From positions 25,007,685 through 25,071,684 of the forward strand of contig NC_057736.1 of assembly GCF_004010195.1 (NCBI RefSeq): a stretch of 64,000 nt of DNA, given 5' to 3'. Below the pieces are notes generated by a model, which was not told where the DNA came from, ran no database searches, and saw nothing but the letters and a program-made list of their open reading frames with translations. Made by a program: the position numbers and the translations under genes. The stretch comes from Chiloscyllium plagiosum (Eukaryota). Of the stretch, positions 51,401 through 62,687 are shown in pieces; the first letter of the stretch is position 1, and the number at the start of each line of letters is the position of its first letter.

Positions 51401-52173
51401 CTTCAAATACTTTGTACCTGTCCATTAATTCAGCAAGGTATCTGAATGAGTTTAAAAGGGTAACAGAGCATTGGTGATGGTGCAGCGAAGATGTACATCA
51501 ATAATGCTAGCACTGATGTTAAACTATCACGAATGACTCGCTTGTCTGGAACTTTTTGAGAAGAGAGATGACTGAGTGATGATGTGCTGTAAAATTAGAG
51601 GTTTGATAAGATGGATGCAGCACACGTTTCCGGTTGTTAGGTATTCAAAAGAAGGGTCAAAGAACTTGGTCATCACTGTTAAATTCAGGGCAAATTTATT
51701 AACCTAATTGTGTTTGCAGTGTGAAACTTGCTAAATCGATGAGCAGTTGAAACAAGTAAATATGCATTTTAAGGGAATGCTACGACAACCATCTGAGGGA
51801 GAAAGAAATCAAAGACTATGCTAGCTATATCAGATGAAGTTGGGTGGAGGACTTTCATGTCGAGCATAAACTTTAATATGAACTGGTTATGTCAAGTAAC
51901 TTCTTTTTGAGCTGTATGTGATTTATTTGCTGAAAATGTTTGAAGGCTTGTTTGAGAAATATAAATGTTTGTGATCTCCATCAGGCAGAGAAAATCTTGC
52001 TTGATGCTCTGGTTTGAAATTGACCTTGAAGTGGAACTCAATGGTTGTAACATGTCTTTTATTTTCTGTCTTTGTGTACTCATTTTGATTGTAATCCATT
52101 TCGCTCAGTATTCTGATTTTATAACTAATGAGCTATGATCAAAGTACGCCCTGATTTTGTAATTTCTTTTCAG

Positions 52174-52282
52174 TTAACATTTGGTGAAGAAAAAACAAAT
52201 GACAGCGATAATGACAGTGGCAAGGGCAGTTATGGAATGGTCTCTCCATGTTCGAACAAAGAAACGTGTCACAATAGTGGAG
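52174..52282 (+). CDS. CLSPN: Claspin, coding exon 2 (contains the DSGKGS betaTrCP-type phosphodegron)
   Basis: TTCAG|TTA...G|GTTTGT; LTFGEEKTNDSDNDSGKGSYG... The DSGxxS motif corresponds to the human DSGQGS degron. Confidence 0.9.
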
Positions 52283-52514
52283 GTTTGTGCTTTTTTGTGT
52301 GTAATTTGTCAGCTTGCAAAGTTAATAGTCATTAATTCTCAATATCATCAAATCCATTATTTTATGGAGTACTTCATTACAAATTTTCTGTAAGTGTGAA
52401 TATTTTGGATGTTAATTCTTTATTGATCGAAGTTATCTGCTTTTACATTAGAATTAGACTAGGATAAGTAGAGAAATCATCAAGGGAGAACAAAAAGTAA
52501 GTTGAGAGAAAATT

Positions 52515-52813
52515 AAGATTAGATTAGATTACATTACAGTGTGGAAACAGGCCCTTCAGCCCAACAAGTCCACACCGACCCGCCAAAGCGCAACCCACCC
52601 ATGCCCCTACATTTGCCCCTTACCTCACACTACGGGCAATTTAGCATGGCCAATTCACCTTTGTGACTGTGGGAGGAAACCGGAGCACCCGGAGGAAACC
52701 CACGCAGACATGGGGAGAACGTGCAAACTCCAGACAGTCAGTCGCCTGAGGGGGGAATTGAACCCGGGTCTCAGGCGCTGTGAGGCAGCAGCGCTAACCA
52801 CTGTGCCACCGTG
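52515..52813 (-). mobile_element. V-SINE (HE1-like)
   Basis: tRNA-like head, V-domain and (TCTAA)n tail. Confidence 0.85.
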
Positions 52814-52859
52814 CTGTACTTCAAAGGTAAACTAGTGAACATAACTGTGAGCTTTTCTA

Positions 52860-53825
52860 AATGTACAAAAAGAAAGAGAAGTCAAATGAACATGGGCCCC
52901 TTAGAAAATGGAACTGGGGGAATAGTTACGAGGAACAAGCAAATAGCTGGGGAGCTAACCAAATAGTTTGCATCAGTCTGCATGGAAGATACTTGGAGGA
53001 TATCATCATGACTAAAGAATATGGGGGAAGAATTAAGGACCATCACTAGTAAAGTAGTATTAGACAAGCTAATAGGGCTAAAGGCACTTAAGTCCACTGA
53101 CCCTTGATGGCTTGCATACTAAGATCCTAAAAGAGATTGCTGCAGAGATAGTGGATGTGTTGGTTGTAATTTTTCAAAATACCTTGGATTCTGGGGAAGT
53201 ATTGGAGGGTTGGAAAGCTGCCAGTATGGCACTCCTAATCAAAAAATGGGGAGGCAAACAGCATATAATTATCAGCCAGTTAGTGTAACATCTATTGTTG
53301 GAAAAATGTTGAAATCAATTATTAAGGAAGTAATTGCAGAAAATTTGGAAAATCATAATTTAATCAAGCAGAGTCATGGCTTCATGGAAGGGAAATCATG
53401 TCTGACTAATTTAATCAAGTTTTTCAAGGAAGTCTCCACCAGCATGGATAGAGGGGTGTGATGTATTGGTATTTCCAGAAGGTGTTCGATAAAATCTCTC
53501 TCAAACGTTAAGTCGTAAGATCAGAGCCCACCGTGTTGGAGGTAATGAACTGGCTCATGAGCAGGAAACAGTGAATGGGCATAAGGGCATCTTTTTCAAA
53601 TTTGCAACCTGTAACCAATGGAGTTCTGCAGAAGTCGGTGCTAGGACCACAGCTGATTTACAATATACAATAATGACTTTAAGGAAGAAAGCAAATTTGC
53701 AAATGACAGAAAAATAGCATGAAAGACCACCTGTGGGACGGTTGCAAACAGTTTACAGAGGTAATGGGTAAAGTGGGAAGATAAGTTGGCAAATAGAGTA
53801 TAATGTGGAAAAATGTGGATTTGTT
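52860..53825 (+). mobile_element. Decayed CR1-like LINE RT fragment
   Basis: ORF 53210-53461 NYQPVSVTSIVGKMLKSII...SHGFMEGKSCLTNL. Confidence 0.8.
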
Positions 53826-53848
53826 CTTTGTTTTTTGTCTTCATCCAG

Positions 53849-54336
53849 ATTCTGAAGAGGAAATTTTTACCAAGAAGAAAATGACAATGAAACCTTTGCA
53901 AGACAGTGATAGTGATGGGGAGGCATGCAAGCCACACAGAAACAGCAATTCAAAATCAGATGGCGAGAGTGAATATGAAGAACAAAACTTAAGTGTTAAT
54001 TCTGGAGATAAGCGCAAGAGGCTGCGACGTGTTCGGAAAGTAATGTTGGACAGTGATGAAAGTGACTCTGATATTATTAATGGTGAAGGCCAAGTGAGAA
54101 TAATAAAACCTAGTTGTGTTGGTAGTGAAAATGAGGCACTGCCCATAACAGAAACCAGACATGAAAACTCCGATTCACATAGCTCTTCAATTAGCTTAGA
54201 AACATCCGAACATTCAAAACATCGCAGGGAACAAAGAAATCGCAAGGACAAATCCCAGAGACAACGAGAGAAAGCACAGAAAACATTCAAAGCAGTTGAG
54301 AAACTGAAGAGAAAGAAGAAAAAACAAGAAAAAATG
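53849..54336 (+). CDS. CLSPN: Claspin, coding exon 3
   Basis: CCAG|AT TCT; DSEEEIFTKKK..LQDSDSD...LDSDES...KKKKQEKM|GTGTGG. An alternative in-frame donor is possible at 54345/54346. Confidence 0.9.
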
Positions 54337-54516
54337 GTGTGGAAAGTAGATACTTAACAGGGTGCCTTCAGAGGTTAAACTTGAACTGTTGAACCATATG
54401 ACTTTTTAAGATCTTTTTCAAGTCAAATTTGTGACAGCTCTTTGAAGATAGTATTAAATAGTGAATACCTTAATCACTTTTAATTTTTTTTCTGATTTTC
54501 TTTAACTTCTGTTCAG

Positions 54517-54681
54517 GAAGAGTCCACAGAATACAAGCCAGCAGATGACAGTGGCTGCCTGCTAAACAACAGTGACCTGTTTGAAACGGAAATGGACGAT
54601 GTGAATGAATTCGATGCAGAGGAAGAGTTGTCATTGGATGCCATACGAGCAGTTGTGAAGAAGAAAGCAAAACAATTCAAA
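54517..54681 (+). CDS. CLSPN: Claspin, coding exon 4
   Basis: TCAG|GAA...AAA|GTGAGT; DDSGCLLNNSDLFETEM...SLDAIRAVVKKK (human, recalled: NDSGCLLVDKDLFETG...SLESIRAAVK). Confidence 0.95.
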
Positions 54682-55839
54682 GTGAGTGCAATTTGAAACT
54701 TCTAAAATTGGGTTTTGCTCCACAAAATGAACGACATGTGCGAGTTTTGTTTCCCAAAATGATCAACTGTTTTTTGGGTACAATACAACAGGTGCAATCA
54801 GATTCCCTGCCCTTGACAAACAACATAGAGCTAGTGGTTTGTGTGAAAATGGAAGAAATGGGCCCAGACTGGGGAACTTTATGAAAATCTGGACAAAGAT
54901 AGTAAATCTTCACTTGTAGGGATTTAACCATTGGGCAGGAATGTGGTTTTGTGAATGTACATTTGTGTGTTGAGTGTCAATTTTAAGTTGCAGTTACTAC
55001 AGTGATAAAATGTCACTTATCCACGGCAGCTACAACTGGTTAAGATTCAAAAATTCCATCATTCCTCTCAATACAATTTGCATTGTAGGACACCTGAAAA
55101 CCCCAGTGTTCACTGACCTTTATTAGCTGTCACTTGAACAATATCTTGATTATTAAAATTTTGATCCTTAAGTTTTAAATTCTTTTCATAATTTTACACC
55201 TATCTTTTGTAATCACCTCCAACCCTACAGTATGGAAATCGATGCCCTTTTCTAACCTGGCCTCTTGTGGAACATCAATTTCCATTGCTTCATCAATGGT
55301 GAGCCATGTAGTCAGTTGACTTGGCCCAAGCCCCTGGAATTCCCCTCAGCCTTCCTACCTCATTTTTCTCCTGATGACACAACATGGCATTTACCACTTT
55401 GTCCAAGCCTTCAGTCATGCCCTGTATCTTGTATGAGTGGCCCATTGTCATTCATACTTTACTTTGCAATAATTTTCTAACATGTCTTGGGATGTTTTAT
55501 TTCAACAATGGCTACTTCCAAATATGTTATTTCTGCCATCTGTTGTTTATTTAGTCATCTATTTTGTCATTTAAACAACACTCACCATCTGAACTGTAAA
55601 ATTTCATGTTAAAAATCACTCCTTTAAGATGCATCGCTTGCTCTGCTATCAGTATACATCCATACTTACTTTTCTGCTTGACACATTTTGATTAGAGATC
55701 AAATGTGGGAACCTAGATTGAAACTTTACTTTTGTTGATTTCATCATCACCCATGCAAAATGTTCCAAGGAATGGAGAATACATGTAGAAGTGTGAATTA
55801 CAGTCTTGGCTCAGAAGAACTGAATTCCAGAAATGAGTT

Positions 55840-57090
55840 GTGAGTAACAGCCCTTGAAATCAAGACTGTTTAGCAAAAGGCGCCCAAGGAAAACTGGAAT
55901 CATGGGTATCAGGAAAATTTCCTGCTGGTTGGAGTCATACCTGGCACAGAGGAAGGTGGTTGTGGTTGTTGGAGATCAGTGCTCCTCAGGGTAGTTTTTC
56001 TTGGCCCAAGTCTCTTCAGCTGCTTTATTGGTGACTTTCCCTCTAAAATAAGCTCCGAAGTGGGGATGTTCGCTGTTGACTCTCAATTCCTTTTCTTCCA
56101 AAGCAGTCTATGTTCAAATGCAGCAAGATCTGGGTGATATCTAGGCTTGGGCTGACAGGTGGCATGTAATATTTACACCACACAAATATCAGAATGTGGT
56201 GCTGGAAAAGCACAGCAGGTCAAGCAACATCTGAGCAGCGGGAGAATCAACGTTTCGGGCAAAAACCTCATTCTAGTCTCCTCCTCCTCAGATGCTGCCT
56301 GACCTGCTGAGCTTTTCCAGCATCTCTGGCATCTGCAGTCCTCACTTTGACCACACAAATACCAGGCAATGGACGTCTCCAATAAACGACAGTATAATTT
56401 CTGCCTCTTGACGTTCAATGGTGTTACCATCCCTGAATCGCTCACTATCTGTATTCTGGGGATTATCGTTGACCAGAAAATCTAACTGGATGCTGCATAA
56501 ACTGTAGCTACAAGAGTAGATCAGAGGCTAAGAATACTGTGGTGAGTAACTCACCTCCTGACTTCCCAAAGCCTGTCCACAATCTACAAGGCGTGTGATG
56601 GAGTATTTCCCATTTGGCTAGGTCAGTGCAGCTCCCACAACTCGAAAGAACCTTGACACCATCCAGGTCAAGGCAACTCATTTAATTGGTACCGCATCCA
56701 CGCCCTCCACTATCAAGGCTCAGTAGCAGCAGTGTACCATTTACACAATGCACTGCAGAAATTCACCAAAGATCCTTGGGTCCGAACCAATGACCACTTG
56801 CATCCAGGTGGACAAGGGCAGCAGATACATGGGGCCGCCACCACTGAAAGTTCCCCTCCAAGACACTCACTAGCCGAACGTAGAGGTATATAGCTTTTCC
56901 TTGGCTGTTGTTGGGTTACAATCCTGGAATTTCTTCCCTCAGGGCATTTGTGTCAAGCTGCCACATATGGACTTTAGCAGTTCAAGAATGCAGCTCGCCA
57001 GTACTTTTTTTTTCAAGGACTATGAGGGGCAAGGAATAAAATGCTGGTCAGCCATGAAATGGCCATGTATCATGAGTGACTTTTTAAAAA
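55840..57090 (+). mobile_element. Decayed LINE RT/3' fragment
   Basis: WLESYL-AQRK-VVVVG and FA(V)D RT-like remnants. Tail shared with the SacSINE-like elements. Confidence 0.65.
56189..56349. mobile_element. Family-1-related fold-back insertion
   Basis: 12-bp TSD ACCACACAAATA (56177-56188 / 56350-56361), with inverted arms. Confidence 0.75.
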
Positions 57091-57217
57091 AAAATTGACT
57101 GAGCAAGTAGTTCACTTTATTGCATTATTGTGCATTTTATAAATCATGTTACTTTATTTTGCTTATTTGTACAGTTTCTGCAATAATTTCTTAGTTACTC
57201 TTACGTCTGTTTTTTAG

Positions 57218-57295
57218 AGAATGAATCTAGTGCCATCTGGTGAGAATCTCCAGGATTATGATTGCGAGGAAGCTTTGCAAGTAGAGGAAAAAAAG
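57218..57295 (+). CDS. CLSPN: Claspin, coding exon 5
   Basis: TTTTTAG|AGA...AAG|GTGATA; 78 nt, open, phase 0 to 0, RMNLVPSGENLQDYDCEEALQVEEKK. Bridges exons 4 and 6; sequence divergent. Confidence 0.75.
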
Positions 57296-58527
57296 GTGAT
57301 ATTTGACTAAGACAAGCTTAATGTTGATGCTTCAACCCATCACCATTTAAAATGAAGTAATATATCCAATGTGTCATTTTTTTATGAAAATAAAGCCTTC
57401 ATAATGATACCAGGGATGACTAAATATTATTCTCGATTCCTTCTCCCATTCTTCTGTCCTTGACATCATATCTTAAAAATCAAAATTTTACAAGCCTATC
57501 TTCTTTTGTTTTGTTTTGAACAGAATATATTTTTTAAAACAAAACTTACAGCTGATGTACATTATCATCTGACAGGTTTCTTTAACCATTCAGTCCTTGG
57601 AAAATTGTTCTGGTTGAAGGTTGTTTGCAGTACATAATCACCTTTTAGTGGTTCATGGATAGCTACCATGTTCTATGCAATGTGGTGTCCCATAAACTAA
57701 ATAGCCGCTTATCTCTAACAGAAAATAAAAGCCCATGGCCCCTCCTGGACGATAGCTGATTACTCCATCTTGAATCAGTCGATATTTGACAATTTAAAAT
57801 AACTATACAAGGAGAGATATTTGGTAAACTATTAATGAGTACAAAAAGTAGTTAAATTGTAGTGTGGCATTGAGTGCTAAATGCTCGATTCAGACATTTG
57901 AAATTGATTTATTAGTTTCTTCTACTAGAAGAAAGTTCCTGTTTTTACGTAAACGTTACATTTGCGATTAATGTGGTGAATAGTTTTGAATCTCCGTCCT
58001 CATTTAAAATAAGAGGTAATTACATTGAAAAATTCAAGATTTTGAAGCAATTTAATTGGGTGGACGTGGACTTAAGGTTACAGGCTTGATGCTCTATACA
58101 GTTTACTCCTACTCCTGGTGCTCTTCAGAGGCGTGTATGGGGAATAAATGTTCACTATACTAGTTGGCTGAATTACCTGTTTCTTTGCAGTAAGTGCTGC
58201 TTATTTTTAAATGGTTGCATGCTCAACCCAAATTCTAAGCCGACAGTAATGTGGAGCTGAGGTCACAAGCTATATCTGAATATAGATTTGAAGTATACTT
58301 AAGATTTGAGATGTAATATCTGTCATACCAGTTCCAATGAATGTGGTTTATGAAGTTATGCTGCAAATGCAAAATTAAGCTGTTAGGTGCATACCTGCTG
58401 AAGGAACAATGGTCATGATGTCACCATCCATCATGAATAGATGTGCAGAGAAAATAAGTGCTCGTTTGTAAAATGTAAAAGGATATTACTCACATTGTGA
58501 TATTTGATATTACTTCATTTATCAGTG

Positions 58528-58656
58528 ATTCCTGAAGAAGGGCTAATGCCCGAAACGTCGATTCTCCTGTTCCCTAGATGCTGCCTGACCTGCTGCGCTT
58601 TTCCAGCAACATATTTCCATCTCTGATCTCCAGCATCTGCAGACCTCACTTTCTCC
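58528..58656 (+). mobile_element. Short Penelope-type element (family 1) with intact hammerhead core (58532-58559)
   Basis: 13-bp TSD TCATTTATCAGTG (58515-58527 / 58657-58669); CTGAAGA-A-GGGC-TAAT-GCCC-GAAACGTC. Confidence 0.85.
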
Positions 58657-58850
58657 TCATTTATCAGTGTCTGGTGATGTTTAACTAGAATTAAGATGGT
58701 CTTACTACTAAACCAATCCTTGGGTCCCATGTTGAATTTTTGAAATTTGATGAAAATGTCATGCCTAACATTGTGGTTGGTGCTCAAAGGTTAATATTGT
58801 ACGCAGTTGTGAAAGAGTTAAAACATGTCTTAGGTTTTCAAGATGATTTT

Positions 58851-59138
58851 TATTGTACAGTGTGGAAGCAGGTCATATGACCCATCGAGTCCACACTAAC
58901 CTTCTGTACAGCATCCTACTCAGACTTACTGCCCCATCCCTGTATCCTTGCATTTCCCATGGCTAATCTACCTAGCCTGCACATCCTTGGACTGTGGGAG
59001 GATACCATAGCACCCGAATGAAAGCCACGTAAATGTGTACAATGTGCAAACTACACGCAGACTGTCCAAGGTTGGAATTAAACCCAAAGGCCCTGGTGCT
59101 GAGAGGCAGCAGTGCTAACCACTGAGCAGCCATACTGC
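58851..59138 (-). mobile_element. V-SINE (HE1-like), older copy
   Basis: Minus strand GGCTGCTCAGTGGTTAGCACTGCTGCCTC... plus V-domain. Confidence 0.75.
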
Positions 59139-59378
59139 CTGAAATGCTATTATGCTCACTGATTCAAATTAAGTTGAACCCCAGCTGAATATTGATTTTT
59201 TTTAAATTAAATTTGAAAATGAGATTAAGCATCATTGGAATTATCCAGTGTAAGTTCTTTCTGGCAAATCAGGATGCAAATTTTTTAAAAGGTTAATTTT
59301 TAATATATTTCATTTGTTTAAAGTCTGAGGTTATGTGCCACTCTATCTGAGAAATTTTATCACTTTCTGTCCTTACAG

Positions 59379-59460
59379 GTACGTATAGAGAGGAAGGCAG
59401 CCAAACAGAGTAAGGAAGCAATGAGGCAGATCCACAGTGAAACTCAACGATTGATGCGAG
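59379..59460 (+). CDS. CLSPN: Claspin, coding exon 6
   Basis: TTACAG|GTA...G|GTGAGG; VRIERKAAKQSKEAMRQIHSETQRLMR (human, recalled: [24 protein letters not shown]). Confidence 0.95.
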
Positions 59461-60869
59461 GTGAGGTTTAAAGTGCAAATGACTTCGCTTGTATGTGTGA
59501 TTCTTCTTCCTGCCATCTGATGCTCTGTTTTTGTGATTGAATGGAGACATAATATACACAGAAATGTGCAAACCCATGAAGTAGCATAGTTCTACCTTTA
59601 CTAATTAATTGCAGAGTTCACTATATTCTGATAAGAATAGAGTTGATTTTGTGTTTAAATGTTACAGAAAACATTGATTGAAGAGCACTGCGAGTTTAAG
59701 GGAACAGTATTAAACTGGATGTAGCTTGAATTCGAAACGGTTACAAGGTAGAAAACACTAATGATTAATGGATGTTCTTAAAAATGAAGGATTTTTTTAA
59801 GAAGAGAAGTGATATCACTGTCATCAGAAGTTGAATTTCTTGTTCGTTGTTTCCCCTTGAACTGTGCTCCAGTATTGGGATCCATATGAAACTTCGGAGG
59901 CAACAAATAAGGGTTCTGGTTGATTGAAAAGTTTTGGGAATTTCGGGGCATAGGCAGATTTGTACGATTTGGGCATCAAATGTGTTTGAAAAGCATAGAA
60001 ATGGAGTGATGGATTATGGAAATAAGAATTCATAGATGACCCATTAACTACAGAGCAAAGCATTAAAAGAGGAGCAGAAACCTGGTGCATTGGGATCATT
60101 CATTCCCGTAGAGAAAGTGAGGACAACAGCTGCTGGAGATGAGCTTTTCCAGCACCACACACACTCCACTGACATCATTCATTTCTCACTCACCATAGCC
60201 CACTCGTCAATTAGTTTGTACCTTTTTCACAACTTCTTACATATCTGGAATTTATATGAAATACTTACTGTTTTGCCTCCACATTGTCTCATCTCAATAA
60301 CCTGACAATTCTGAATTTAGTTGAACTTTTTCTGATCTAAATGTAGCATATGCAGTCCTAATTAATGTAGTCTCCTTTGTGCTGGGAGAAACAAACACAG
60401 GCTGTTTTGTGGAGGACTCCCTTTCATTCTATAAATATGCCCAAGAGCTTTGGGCATCTGTCATTTTAATTCTGTGCCCCAGACCTTTTTGTCAGTTCTA
60501 CCCTATGCTGTAAAGTTAAGTATAAACTTGAACATCAACATTATTTTTGATTAGGTACATCATAGCTTTCCAAATTCAACATCGAGTTTTGATAATTTTA
60601 TGTAATAATAACCTTTGCACTAATTTCTTTTGAACAGAACTTAAAAACATAAACATGATTCTGCTATTCCCACTTACAACTTCTTTAAGCCCATCTTTGT
60701 TACTTTTACTTGTCACATTGCCATCATATTTTGCCTTTCACAATCTGCTCTTTCGTCATTTGAATGTATCCTGTCTTTCAGACTGTTGCAGACCTTTTGC
60801 TTTCATTCTTCCCTGTTCTTTTTCTGCATCTTTAATTGTTTATAACTAGTTGCACCTCTAACTATTTTC

Positions 60870-61000
60870 TACTTCCAAGAAAAGATCACCACCCTTAAGA
60901 TTTAGTATTATTTCTCTATAGATGTGCCTGACCTAAGTGTTTCCCAGCATTTCCTGTTTTTATTTGGATTTCTGACATCTGCAGTATTTGCTTTTGTACT
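60870..61000 (+). mobile_element. Old, degenerate relative of the family-1 Penelope-type element
   Basis: GATGTGCCTGACCT...TTTCCCAGCATTT...CATCTGCAGTATTTGCTTT resembles the family-1 body; the ribozyme core is lost. Confidence 0.5.
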
Positions 61001-62578
61001 GGCCAGAGATTGGCAATTGTTAAAGTCTTCAAACTTAGAAGAACAAATTGATTATTTATATTTTTGAAAAAAAAAATAGATTTTTTTCCAGACTATTTTT
61101 ATTTGTCTACAGTTAAGAGAAAAGAAATCCCTTTGTAAATCACTATTGCAATTTTGTTCAGTTTTGAGTATCTTGATTTCATACGGATAGCCAGGTGATG
61201 GAAACATTTATTTGGCTGGTACCCAAGATCAGAGCCTTCAGTTTTGAGAGAGATTGAGAGAAATGGGCTTTTTTTTTTCTTTTTAAAAAGAATGTTGGGA
61301 GGAGCTCAAAATTGAGGCTTTGATAGTGTATATGAGTGAAGCTATTTCTGCTGTCAAGGGATTGCAAAATTGGAGGGCAAAAATTTGAAGCATTACAATG
61401 ACAAAAGGAAAGATACTGTGATTTAGGTTTTTGAATGTAGCGATGTTCACATCTGAAATACTCGTGAAGAAATAGTGGCAGAATCCTCATGTCTGTCCTT
61501 TTAAAAAGTAAATAAATTCTCGAACATTTTAAAAGATGTGAGTGACACTGAACAGCACTTTCAGAGAATTAGCACCAGCATAATGAACCCATTTGACTTG
61601 AGTACTATAACTTAATTGCTTCTGGATAATAATAATAATAATAATAGGTATCTTGCAGCATGTCTTTTTGAATTCGAGGACTTGAGCGCAAAAATCTACG
61701 CTGGCACTTGTGTTGTGGGAGTGCTAAAATGTTGCAAATCTTTTGCTTGTGATGTTAAATAAAAGCCTTGTTCGCTGGTTTGGGTGCTTATAAAAGATCG
61801 CATGGCATAATTTTCATTAACTTAGCCTCTTTAATCACAAGCTCTGGCCAAGGTTGCATTTCTGAGCAAGTTGAAGTAGTTTATCATGGTCTCAATTGCA
61901 TTTTTTTTCTAGAATCCTGAAAACAGCAATCTTATTTCTCAATTTTCTCTTTGCCAATGAAGCAATAGCCACTTAATCGCACCATATAAATAAATGCCTC
62001 AGCTTTGTACCATCTGGTCCCTTCACCATTGTTCTGCTGTATCCTCTGCAGAGGTCACCAGAACTCAGTATTCTCAGGCAACCACAACAATGATTTACAA
62101 ATTCGTGGAATTACCTTTCTATATTGACATTTTTTAAATAGATCCCAATACAATCTATTTCACTCACTGCTCTGAGAGTTGTCACAGTGATCTTGTCAAG
62201 GTAGCAACGATACTCTTTCTGATATTTTCATTGTCCCCAATATACTTGCTGTGTAATCATTTACAAGATCTAACCTTTTTAAGCAATTGGAAAGAATGTT
62301 TGTGTTCTTCATCAATCTGAGACCAACCATAATTTTTCCTTTTGTTTTCTTTCTTCTGATGTACAACTGTAGTTGAGGTATGATATTTGATGAAACTCTG
62401 GGACTAGTTTTTCTTTTGTGTATCATGAAACCTTTAATTTAGAAAATGTCAGGGGGCAGAGGTTCTTGAAGAAGTGAAGAACGAGCAAATCATTGGTGGC
62501 CATACCGAAGAACTTAAGATTTTGGTATGTAATGCCAATTTGTGCCTTGTTAACAATATTGTCCATTTCCTTTTGCAG

Positions 62579-62687
62579 AGTCCAGTTTATCTCTACCATA
62601 TCACCTACCACAGCCAAAAACCATTCACGACTTTTTCAAGAAACGACCACGACCAGCTTGCCAAGGAAGTGCCATGTCATTGCTCAA
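62579..62687 (+). CDS. CLSPN: Claspin, coding exon 7 (gene continues beyond the window)
   Basis: TTGCAG|AG...AA|GTAAGG; [37 protein letters not shown] (human, recalled: [37 protein letters not shown]). Confidence 0.96.
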
